From: the human T2T-CHM13v2.0 reference genome, Homo sapiens
Reading direction: 5' to 3' (one strand)
NCBI RefSeq assembly: GCF_009914755.1
Contig: NC_060936.1
DNA: 64,000 bases
This document shows positions 1 to 12,500 of this stretch, piece after piece; within the stretch, counting starts at the first letter, position 1, and every line of letters starts with the position of its first letter. The notes under the pieces were generated by a model. The model did no database searches and had not been told where the DNA came from. It saw nothing but the letters and a program-made list of their open reading frames with translations. The position numbers were made by a program, and so were the translations under genes.

Positions 1-110
1 AGAGTGTTTCAAATCTGCTCTTTCCGAAGGAAGGTTCAACTCTGTGAGTTGAATACACACACCACAAATAAGTTACTGAGAATTCTTCTGTGTAACATTA
101 TATGAGGAAA

Positions 111-127
111 TCCCGTTTCCAACGAAG
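111..127 (-). promoter_or_regulatory. CENP-B box (first of roughly 189 box positions, one per dimer, last at 63929-63945)
   Basis: The minus strand reads CTTCGTTGGAAACGGGA, matching the NTTCGNNNNANNCGGGN core. It recurs every 336-340 bp. Confidence 0.97.
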
Positions 128-1469
128 GCCTCAAAGAGATCCAAATATCCACTTGCAGACTTTACAAAGACAGTGTCTCCAAACTCCTCCATCAAAAGAA
201 AGGTTATCCTCTGTGAATTGAACGCACACATCACAAAGTAGTTTCTGAGAATGATTCTGTCTAGTTTTTATACGAAGATATTTCCTTTTCTACATTTGGC
301 CTCAAAGCGCTTGAAATCTCCACCTGCAAATATCACAAAAAGAGGGTTTCACATCTGCTCTGTCTAAAGGACAGTTCACCTCTGTGAGTTGAATAGAGGC
401 AACACAAAGAACTTACTCAGTATTCTTCTTTCTAGCGTTCTATGAAGAAATCCCGTTTCCAACGAAGGCCCCAAAGAGGTCCAAATATCTGCTTGCAGAC
501 TTTACAGACAGAGTGTTTCCAAACTACTCTATGAAAAGAAAGCTTAAACTCCTTGAGTTGAACGCACACATCACAAAGTAGTTTCTGAGAATGATTCTGT
601 CTAGTTTTTATACGAAGATGTTTCCTTTTCTACATTTGGTCTCAAAGCGATTGAAATCTCCAACTGGAAACTGCACAAATAGGCTGTTTCAAATCTGCTC
701 TGTCTAAAGGAAGGTTCAACTCTGTGAGTTGAATACACACACCACAAATAAGTTACTGAGAATTCTTCTGTCGAACATTACTTGAAGAAATCCCGTTTCC
801 AACGAAGGCCTCAAAGAGGTCCAAATATCCACTTGCAGACATTACAAACAGAGTGTTTCCAAACTGCTCCATCAAAAGAAAGGTTAAACTCTGTGAGCTG
901 AACACACACATCAAAAAGAAGTTTCTGTGAATGATTCTGTCTAGATATTATAAGAAGATGTTTCCTTTTCTACCGTAGGCCTCAAAGCGCTTGAAATCTC
1001 CACCTGCAAATTCCACAAAAAGGGTGTTTAACATCTGCTCTTCTAAAGGAAAGTTCAACTCTATGAGTTGAATACACACAGCACAAAGAAGTTACTGAGA
1101 CTTCTCCTATCAAACATTATATGAAGAAATCCCGTTTCCAACGAAGGCCTCAAAGAGGTCCAAATATCTGCTTGCAGACTTTACAGACAGAGTGTTTCCA
1201 AACTGCTCCATCAAAAGAAAGGTTAAACTCCTTGAGTTGAACACACACATCACAAAGTAGTTTCTGTGAATGATTCTGTCTAGTTTTTATACGAAGATGT
1301 TTCCTTTTCTACCTTTGGTCTCAATGCGATTGAAATCTCCACATGGAAACTCCACAAAAAGAGTGTTTCAAATCTGCTCTTTCTGAAGAAAGGTTCAACT
1401 CTGTGAGTTGAATACACACACCACAAATAAGTTACTGAGAATTCTTCTGTGTAACATTATATGAGGAAA
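111..1469 (-). repeat. First complete 8-mer HOR unit: A 111-450, B 451-790, C 791-1129, D 1130-1469
   Basis: Diagnostic tags: A = AAAGACAGTGTCTCC and GAATAGAGGCAAC; B = ACTACTCTATGAAAAGAAAGCTT and CAACTGGAAACTGCAC; C = GACATTACAAAC, GAGCTGAAC and CTCCTATCAAAC; D = CACATGGAAACTCC and GTGTAACATTATATGAGG. Confidence 0.95.
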
Positions 1470-3505
1470 TCCCGTTTCCAACGAAGGCCTCAAAGAGATA
1501 CAAATATCCACTTGCAGACTTTACAAAGACAGTGTCTCCAAACTCCTCCATCAAAAGAAAGGTTATACTCTGTGAATGGAACGCACACATCACAAAGAAG
1601 TTTCTGAGAATGATTCTGTCTAGTTTTTATACGAAGATATTTCCTTTTCTACATTTGGCCTAAAAGCGCTTGAAATCTCCACCTGCAAATATCACAAAAA
1701 GAGGGTTTCACATCTGCTCTGTCTAAAGGACAGTTCACCTCTGTGAGTTGAAAAGAGGCAACACAAAGAACTTACTCAGTATTCTTCTTTCTAGCGTTCT
1801 ATGAAGAAATCCCGTTTCCAACGAAGGCCTCAAAGAGGTCAAATATCTGCTTGCAGACTTTACAGACAGAGTGTTTCCAAACTACTCTATGAAAAGAAAG
1901 CTTAAACTCCTTGAGTTGAACGCACACATCACAAAGTAGTTTCTGAGAATGATTCTGTCTAGTTTTTATACGAAGATGTTTCCTTTTCTACATTTGGTCT
2001 CAAAGCGATTGAAATCTCCAACTGGAAACTGCACAAATAGGGTGTTTCAAATCTGCTCTGTCTAAAGGAAGGTTCAACTCTGTGAGTTGAATACACACAC
2101 CACAAATAAGTTACTGAGAATTCTTCTGTCGAACATTACTTGAAGAAATCCCGTTTCCAACGAAGGCCTCAAAGAGGTCCAAATATCCACTTGCAGACAT
2201 TACAAACAGAGTGTTTCCAAACTGCTCCATCAAAAGAAAGGTTAAACTCTGTGAGCTGAACACACACATCAAAAAGAAGTTTCTGTGAATGATTCTGTCT
2301 AGATTTTATAAGAAGATGTTTCCTTTTCTACCGTAGGCCTCAAAGCGCTTGAAATCTCCAGCTGCAAATTCCACAAAAAGGGTGTTTAACATCTGCTCTT
2401 CTAAAGGAAAGTTCAACTCTATGAGTTGAATACACACAGCACAAAGAAGTTACTGAGACTTCTCCTATCAAACATTATATGAAGAAATCCCGTTTCCAAC
2501 GAAGGCCTCAAAGAGGTCAAATATCTGCTTGCAGACTTTACAGACAGAGTGTTTCCAAACTACTCTATGAAAAGAAAGCTTAAACTCCTTGAGTTGAACG
2601 CACACATCACAAAGTAGTTTCTGAGAATGATTCTGTCTAGTTTTTATACGAAGATGTTTCCTTTTCTACATTTGGTCTCAAAGCGATTGAAATCTCCAAC
2701 TGGAAACTGCACAAATAGGGTGTTTCAAATCTGCTCTGTCTAAAGGAAGGTTCAACTCTGTGAGTTGAATACACACACCACAAATAAGTTACTGAGAATT
2801 CTTCTGTCGAACATTACAGGAAGAAATCCCGTTTCCAACGAAGGCCTCAAAGAGGTCCAAATATCCACTTGCAGACATTACAAACAGTGTGTTTCCCAAC
2901 TGCTCCATCAAAAGAAAGGTTAAACTCTGTGAGCTGAACACACACATCAAAAAGAAGTTTCTGTGAATGATTCTGTCTAGATTTTATAAGAAGATGTTTC
3001 CTTTTCTACCTTAGCCCTCAAAGCGCTTGAAATCTCCAGCTGGAAATTCCACAAAAAGGGTGTTTAACATCTGCTCTTCTAAAGGAAAGTTCAACTCTAT
3101 GAGTTGAATACACACAGCACAAAGAAGTTACTGAGACTTCTCCTATCAAACATTATATGAAGAAATCCCGTTTCCAACGAAGGCCTCAAAGAGGTCCAAA
3201 TATCTGCTTGCAGATTTTACAGACAGAGTGTTTCCAAACTGCTCCATCAAAAGAAAGGTTAAACTCCTTGAGTTGAACACACACATCACAAACTAGTTTC
3301 TGTGAATGATTCTGTCTAGTTTTTATACGAAGATGTTTCCTTTTCTACCTTTGGTCTCAAAGCGATTGAAATCTCCACATGGAAACTCCACAAAAAGAGT
3401 GTTTCAAATCTGCTCTTTCTGAAGGAAGGTTCAACTCTGTGAGTTGAATACACACACCACAAATAAGTTACTGAGAATTCTTCTGTGTAACATTATATGA
3501 GGAAA
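1470..3505 (-). repeat. 12-mer variant HOR A-B-C-B-C-D (second copy at 11654-13689)
   Basis: The end of C (CTCCTATCAAAC, ~2462) is followed by the box at 2488 and then B sequence (ACTACTCTATGAAAAGAAAGCTT) instead of D. The same occurs at 12672. Confidence 0.9.
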
Positions 3506-6500
3506 TCCCGTTTCCAACGAAGGCCTCAAAGAGGTCCAAATATCCACTTGCAGACTTTACAAAGACAGTGTCTCCAAACTCCTCCATCAAAAGAAAGGTT
3601 ATACTCTGTGAATTGAACGCACACATCACAAAGTAGTTTCTGAGAATGATTCTGTCTAGTTTTTATACGAAGATATTTCCTTTTCTACATTTGGCCTAAA
3701 AGTGCTTGAAATCTCCACCTGCAAATATCACAAAAAGAGGGTTTCACATCTGCTCTGTCTAAAGGACAGTTCACCTCTGTGAGTTGAATAGAGGCAACAC
3801 AAAGAACTTACTCAGTATTCTTCTTTCTAGCGTTCTATGAAGAAATCCCGTTTCCAACGAAGGCCTCAAAGAGGTCCAAATATCTGCTTGCAGACTTTAC
3901 AGACAGAGTGTTTCCAAACTACTCTATGAAAAGAAAGCTTAAATCCTTGAGTTGAACGCACACATCACAAAATAGTTTCTGAGAATGATTCTGTCTTGTT
4001 TTTATACCAAGATCTTTCCGTTTCTATGATTGGCCTCAAAGCGATTGAAATCTCCAACTGGAAACTGCACAAATAGGGTGTTTCAAATCTGCTCTGTCTA
4101 AAGGAAGGTTCAACTCTGTGAGTTGAATACACACACCACAAATAAGTTACTGAGAATTCTTCTGTTGAACATTACATGAAGAAATCCCGTTTCCAACGAA
4201 GGCCTCAAAGAGGTCCAAATATCCACTTGCAGACATTACAAACAGAGTGTTTCCAAACTGCTCCATCAAAGGAAAGGTTAAACTCTGTGAGCTGAACACA
4301 CACATCAAAAAGAAGTTTCTGTGAATGATTCTGTCTAGATTTTATAAGAAGATGTTTCCTTTTCTACCGTAGGCCTCAAAGCGCTTGAAATCTCCAGCTG
4401 CAAATTCCACAAAAAGGGTGTTTAACATCTGCTCTTCTAAAGGAAAGTTCAACTCTATGAGTTGAATACACACAGCACAAAGAAGTTACTGAGACTTCTC
4501 CCATCAAACATTATATGAAGAAATCCCGTTTCCAACGAAGGCCTCAAAGAGGTCCAAATATCTGCTTGCAGACTTTACAGACAGAGTGTTTCCAAACTGC
4601 TCCATCAAAAGAAAGGTTAAACTCCTTGAGTTGAACACACACATCACAAAGTAGTTTCTGTGAATGATTCTGTCTAGTTTTTATACGAAGATGTTTCCTT
4701 TTCTACCTTTGGTCTCAAAGCGATTGAAATCTCCACATGGAAACTCCACAAAAAGAGTGTTTCAAATCTGCTCTTTCTGAAGGAAGGTTCAACTCTGTGA
4801 GTTGAATACACACACCACAAATAAGTTACTAAGAATTCTTCTGTGTAACATTATATGAGGAAATCCCGTTTCCAACGAAGGCCTCAAAGAGATCCAAATA
4901 TCCACTTGCAGACTTTACAAAGACAGTGTCTCCAAACTCCTCCATCAAAAGAAAGGTTATACTCTGTGAATTGAACGCACACATCACAAAGTAGTTTCTG
5001 AGAATGATTGTGTCTAGTTTTTATACGAAGATATTTCCTTTTCTACATTTGGCCTAAAAGCGCTTGAAATCTCCACATGCAAATATCACAAAAACAGGGT
5101 TTCACATCTGCTCTGTCTAAAGGACAGTTCACCTCTGTGAGTTGAATAGAGGCAACACAAAGAACTTACTCAGTATTCTTCTTTCTAGCGTTCTATGAAG
5201 AAATCCCGTTTCCAACGAAGGCCTCGAAGAGGTCCAAATATCTGCTTGCAGACTTTACAGACAGAGTGTTTCCAAACTACTCTATGAAAAGAAAGCTTAA
5301 ACTCCTTGAGTTGAACGCACACATCACAAAGTAGTTTCTGAGAATGATTCTGTCTAGTTTTTATACGAAGATGTTTCCTTTTCTACATTTGGTCCCAAAG
5401 CGATTGAAATCTCCAACTGGAAACTGCACAAATAGGGTGTTTCAAATCTGCTCTGTCTAAAGGAAGGTTCAACTCTGTGAGTTGAATACACACACCACAA
5501 ATAAGTTACTGAGAATTCTTCTGTCGAACATTACAGGAAGAAATCCCGTTTCCAACGAAGGCCTCAAAGAGGTCCAAATATCCACTTGCAGACATTACAA
5601 ACAGTGTGTTTCCCAACTGCTCCATCAAAAGAAAGGTTAAACTCTGTGAGCTGAACACACACATCAAAAAGAAGTTTCTGTGAATGATTCTGTCTAGATT
5701 TTATAAAAGATGTTTCCTTTTCTACCATAGGCCTCAAAGCGCTTGAAATCTCCAGCTGCAAATTCCACAAAAAGGGTGTTTAACATCTGCTCTTCTAAAG
5801 GAAAGTTCAACTCTATGAGTTGAATACACACAGCACAAAGAAGTTACTGAGACTTCTCCTATCAAACATTATATGAAGAAATCCCGTTTCCAACGAAGGC
5901 CTCAAAGAGGTCCAAATATCTGCTTGCAGACTTTACAGACAGAGTGTTTCCAAACTGCTCCATCAAAAGAAAGGTTAAACTCCTTGAGTTGAACACACAC
6001 ATCACAAAGTAGTTTCTGTGAATGATTCTGTCTAGTTTTTATACGAAGATGTTTCCTTTTCTTCCTTTGGTCTCAAAGCGATTGAAATCTCCACATGGAA
6101 ACTCCACAAAAAGAGTGTTTCAAATCTGCTCTTTCTGAAGGAAGGTCCAACTCTGTGAGTTGAATACACACACCACAAATAAGTTACTGAGAATTCTTCT
6201 GTGTAACATTATATGAGGAAATCCCGTTTCCAACGAAGGCCTCAAAGAGATCCAAATATCCACTTGCAGACTTTACAAAGACAGTGTCTCCAAACTCCTC
6301 CATCAAAAGAAAGGTTATACTCTGTGAATTGAACGCACACATCACAAAGTAGTTTCTGAGAATGATTGTGTCTAGTTTTTATACGAAGATATTTCCTTTT
6401 CTACATTTGGCCTCAAACGCTTGAAATCTCCACCTGCAAATATCACAAAAAGAGGGTTTCACATCTGCTCTGTCTAAAGGACAGTTCACCTCTGTGAGTT

Positions 6501-9500
6501 GAATAGAGGCAACACAAAGAACTTACTCAGTATTCTTCTTTCTAGCGTTCTATGAAGAAATCCCGTTTCCAACGAAGGCCCCAAAGAGGTCCAAATATCT
6601 GCTTGCAGACTTTACAGACAGAGTGTTTCCAAACTACTCTATGAAAAGAAAGCTTAAACTCCTTGAGTTGAACGCACACATCACAAAGTAGTTTCTGAGA
6701 ATGATTCTGTCTAGTTTTTATACGAAGATGTTTCCTTTTCTACATTTGGTCTCAAAGCGATTGAAATCTCCAACTGGAAACTGCACAAATAGGGTGTTTC
6801 AAATCTGCTCTGTCTAAAGGAAGGTTCAACTCTGTGAGTTGAATACACACACCACACATAAGTTACTGAGAATTCTTCTGTCGAACATTACAGGAAGAAA
6901 TCCCGTTACCAACGAAGGCCTCAAAGAGGTCCAAATATCCACTTGCAGACATTACAAACAGTGTGTTTGCAAACTGCTCCATCAAAAGAAAGGTTAAACT
7001 CTGTGAGCTGAACACACACATCAAAAAGAAGTTTCTGTGAATGATTCTGTCTAGATTTTATAAGAAGATGTTTCCTTTTCTACCGTAGGCCTCAAAGCGC
7101 TTGAAATCTCCAGCTGCAAATTCCACAAAAAGGGTGTTTAACATCTGCTCTTCTAAAGGAAAGTTCAACTCTATGAGTTGAATACACACAGCACAAAGAA
7201 GTTTCTGAGACTTCTCCTATCAAACATTATATGAAGAAATCCCGTTTCCAACGAAGGCCTCAAAGAGGTCCAAATATCTGCTTGCAGACTTTACAGACAG
7301 AGTGTTTCCAAACTGCTCCATCAAAAGAAAGGTTAAACTCCTTGAGTTGAACACACACATCACAAAGTAGTTTCTGTGAATGATTCTGTCTAGTTTTTAT
7401 ACGAAGATGTTTCCTTTTCTACCTTTGGTCTCAAAGCGATTGAAATCTCCACATGGAAACTCCACAAAAAGAGTGTTTCAAATCTGCTCTTTCTGAAGGA
7501 AGGTTCAACTCTGTGAGTTGAATACACACACCACAAATAAGTTACTGAGAATTCTTCTGTGTAACATTATATGAGGAAATCCCGTTTCCAACGAAGGCCT
7601 CAAAGAGGTCCAAATATCCACTTGCAGACTTTACAAAGACAGTGTCTCCAAACTCCTCCATCGAAAGAATGGTTATACTCTGTGAATTGAACGCACACAT
7701 CACAAAGTAGTTTCTGAGAATGATTCTGTCTAGTTTTTATACGAAGATATTTCCTTTTCTACATTTGGCCTAAAAGCGCTTGAAATCTCCACCTGCAAAT
7801 ATCACAAAAAGAGGGTTTCACATCTGCTCTGTCTAAAGGACAGTTCACCTCTGTGAGTTGAATAGAGGCAACACAAAGAACTTACTCAGTATTCTTCTTT
7901 CTAGCGTTCTATGAAGAAATCCCGTTTCCAACGAAGGCCCCAAAGAGGTCCAAATATCTGCTTGCAGACTTTACAGACAGAGTGTTTCCAAACTACTCTA
8001 TGAAAAGAAAGCTTAAACTCCTTGAGTTGAACGCACACATCACAAAGTAGTTTCTGAGAATGATTCTGTCTAGTTTTTATACGAAGATGTTTCCTTTTCT
8101 ACATTTGGTCTCAAAGCGATTGAAATCTCCAACTGGAAACTGCACAAATAGGCTGTTTCAAATCTGCTCTGTCTAAAGGAAGGTTCAACTCTGTGAGTTG
8201 AATACACACACCACAAATAAGTTACTGAGAATTCTTCCGTCGAACATTACTTGAAGAAATCCCGTTTCCAACGAAGGCCTCAAAGAGGTCCAAATATCCA
8301 CTTGCAGACATTACAAACAGAGTGTTTCCAAAACTGCTCCATCAAAAGAAAGGTTAAACTCTGTGAGCTGAACACACACATCAAAAAGAAGTTTCTGTGA
8401 ATGATTCTGTCTAGATTTTATAAGAAGATGTTTCCTTTTCTACCGTAGGCCTCAAAGCGCTTGAAATCTCCAGCTGCAAATTCCACAAAAAGGGTGTTTA
8501 ACATCTGCTCTTCTAAAGGAAAGTTCAACTCTATGAGTTGAATACACACAGCACAAAGAAGTTACTGAGACTTCTCCTATCAAACATTATATGAAGAAAT
8601 CCCGTTTCCAACGAAGGCCTCAAAGAGGTCCAAATATCTGCTTGCAGACTTTACAGACAGAGTGTTCCCAAACTGCTCCATCAAAAGAAAGGTTAAACTC
8701 CTTGAGTTGAACACACACATCACAAAGTAGTTTCTGTGAATGATTCTGTCTAGTTTTTATACGAAGATGTTTCCTTTTCTACCTTTGGTCTCAAAGCGAT
8801 TGAAATCTCCACATGGAAACTCCACAAAAAGAGTGTTTCAAATCTGCTCTTTCTGAAGGAAGGTTCAACTCTGTGAGTTGAATACACACACCACAAATAA
8901 GTTACTGAGAATTCTTCTGTGTAACATTATATGAGGAAATCCCGTTTCCAACGAAGGCCTCAAAGAGGTCCAAATATCCACTTGCAGACTTTACAAAGAC
9001 AGTGTCTCCAAACTCCTCCATCAAAAGAAAGGTTATACTCTGTGAATTGAACGCACACATCACAAAGTAGTTTCTGAGAATGATTCTGTCTAGTTTTTAT
9101 ACGAAGATATTTCCTTTTCTACATTTGGCCTAAAAGCGCTTGAAATCTCCACCTGCAAATATCACAAAAAGAGGGTTTCACATCTGCTCTATCTAAAGGA
9201 GAGTTCACCTCTGTGAGTTGAATAGAGGCAACACAAAGAACTTACTCAGTATTCTTCTTTCTAGCGTTCTATGAAGAAATCCCGTTTCCAACGAAGGCCT
9301 CAAAGAGGTCAAATATCTGCTTGCAGACTTTACAGACAGAGTGTTTCCAAACTACTCTATGAAAAGAAAGCTTAAACTCCTTGAGTTGAACGCACACATC
9401 ACAAAGTAGTTTCTGAGAATGATTCTGTCTAGTTTTTATACGAAGATGTTTCCTTTTCTACATTTGGTCTCAAAGCGATTGAAATCTCCAACTGGAAACT

Positions 9501-12500
9501 GCACAAATAGGCTGTTTCAAATCTGCTCTGTCTAAAGGAAGGTTCAACTCTGTGAGTTGAATACACACACCACAAATAAGTTACTGAGAATTCTTCTGTC
9601 GAACATTACTTGAAAAAATCCCGTTTCCAACGAAGGCCTCAAGGAGGTCCAAATAACCACTTGCAGACATTACAAACAGAGTGTTTCCAAACTGCTCCAT
9701 CAAAAGAAAGGTTAAACTCTGTGAGCTGAACACACACATCAAAAAGAAGTTTCTGTGAATGATTCTGTCTAGATTTTATAAGATGTTTCCTTTTCTACCG
9801 TAGGCCTCAAAGCGCTTGAAATCTCCAGCTGCAAATTCCACAAACAGGGTGTTTAACATCTGCTCTTCTAAAGGAAAGTTCAACTCTATGAGTTGAATAC
9901 ACACAGCATAAAGAAGTTACTGAGACTTCTCCTATCAAACATTATATGAAGAAATCCCGTTTCCAACGAAGGCCTCAAAGAGGTCCAAATATCTGCTTGC
10001 AGACTTTACAGACACAGTTTTTCCAAACTGCTCCATCAAGAGAAAGGTTAAACTCCTTGAGTTGAACACACACATCACAAAGTAGTTTCTGTGAATGATT
10101 CTGTCTAGTTTTTATACGAAGATGTTTCCTTTTCTACCTTTGGTCTCAAAGCGATTGAAATCTCCACATGGAAACTCCACAAAAAGAGTGTTTCAAATCT
10201 GCTCTTTCCGAAGGAAGGTTCAACTCTGTGAGTTGAATACACACACCACAAATAAGTTACTGAGAATTCTTCTGTGTAACATTATATGAGGAAATCCCGT
10301 TTCCAACGAAGGCCTCAAAGAGATCCAAATATCCACTTGCAGACTTTACAAAGACAGTGTCTCCAAACTCCTCCATCAAAAGAAAGGTTATCCTCTGTGA
10401 ATTGAACGCACACATCACAAAGTAGTTTCTGAGAATGATTCTGTCTAGTTTTTATACGAAGATATTTCCTTTTCTACATTTGGCCTAAAAGCGCTTGAAA
10501 TCTCCACCTGCAAATATCACAAAAAGAGAGTTTCACATCTGCTCTGTCTAAAGGACAGTTCACCTCTGTGAGTTGAATAGAGGCAACACAAAGAACTTAC
10601 TCAGTATTCTTCTTTCTAGCGTTCTATGAAGAAATCCCGTTTCCAACGAAGGCCCCAAAGAGGTCCAAATATCTGCTTGCAGACTTTACAGACAGAGTGT
10701 TTCCAAACTACTCTATGAAAAGAAAGCTTAAACTCCTTGAGTTGAACGCACACATCACAAAGTAGTTTCTGAGAATGATTCTGTCTAGTTTTTATACGAA
10801 GATGTTTCCTTTTCTACATTTGGTCTCAAAGCGATTGAAATCTCCAACTGGAAACTGCACAAATAGGGTGTTTCAAATCTGCTCTGTCTAAAGGAAGGTT
10901 CAACTCTGTGAGTTGAATACACACACCACAAATAAGTTACTGAGAATTCTTCTGTCGAACATTACTTGAAGAAATCCCGTTTCCAACGAAGGCCTCAAAG
11001 AGGTCCAAGTATCCACTTGCAGACATTACAAACAGAGTGTTTCCAAACTGCTCCATCAAAAGAAAGGTTAAACTCTGTGAGCTGAACACACACATCAAAA
11101 AGAAGTTTCTGTGAATGATTCTGTCTAGATATTATAAGAAGATATTTCCTTTTCTACCGCAGGCCTCAAAGCGCTTGAAATCTCCACCTGCAAATTCCAC
11201 AAAAAGGGTGTTGAACATCTGCTCTTCTAAAGGAAAGTTCAACTCTATGAGTTGAATACACACAGCACAAAGAAGTTACTGAGACTTCTCCTATCAAACA
11301 TTATATGAAGAAATCCCGTTTCCAACGAAGGCCTCAAAGAGGTCCAAATATCTGCTTGCAGACTTTACAGACAGAGTGTTTCCAAACTGCTCCATCAAAA
11401 GAAAGGTTAAACTCCTTGAGTTGAACACACACATCACAAAGTAGTTTCTGTGAATGATTCTGTCTAGTTTTTATACGAAGATGTTTCCTTTTCTACCTTT
11501 GGTCTCAATGCGATTGAAATCTCCACATGGAAACTCCACAAAAAGAGTGTTTCAAATCTGCTCTTTCTGAAGAAAGGTTCAACTCTGTGAGTTGAATACA
11601 CACACCACAAATAAGTTACTGAGAATTCTTCTGTGTAACATTATATGAGGAAATCCCGTTTCCAACGAAGGCCTCAAAGAGATACAAATATCCACTTGCA
11701 GACTTTACAAAGACAGTGTCTCCAAACTCCTCCATCAAAAGAAAGGTTATACTCTGTGAATGGAACGCACACATCACAAAGAAGTTTCTGAGAATGATTC
11801 TGTCTAGTTTTTATACGAAGATATTTCCTTTTCTACATTTGGCCTCAAAGCGCTTGAAATCTCCACCTGCAAATATCACAAAAAGAGGGTTTCACATCTG
11901 CTCTGTCTAAAGGACAGTTCACCTCTGTGAGTTGAATAGAGGCAACACAAAGAACTTACTCAGTATTCTTCTTTCTAGCGTTCTATGAAGAAATCCCGTT
12001 TCCAACGAAGGCCTCAAAGAGGTCAAATATCTGCTTGCAGACTTTACAGACAGAGTGTTTCCAAACTACTCTATGAAAAGAAAGCTTAAACTCCTTGAGT
12101 TGAACGCACACATCACAAAGTAGTTTCTGAGAATGATTCTGTCTAGTTTTTATACGAAGATGTTTCCTTTTCTACATTTGGTCTCAAAGCGATTGAAATC
12201 TCCAACTGGAAACTGCACAAATAGGGTGTTTCAAATCTGCTCTGTCTAAAGGAAGGTTCAACTCTGTGAGTTGAATACACACACCACAAATAAGTTACTG
12301 AGAATTCTTCTGTCGAACATTACTTGAAGAAATCCCGTTTCCAACGAAGGCCTCAAAGAGGTCCAAATATCCACTTGCAGACATTACAAACAGAGTGTTT
12401 CCAAACTGCTCCATCAAAAGAAAGGTTAAACTCTGTGAGCTGAACACACACATCAAAAAGAAGTTTCTGTGAATGATTCTGTCTAGATTTTATAAGAAGA

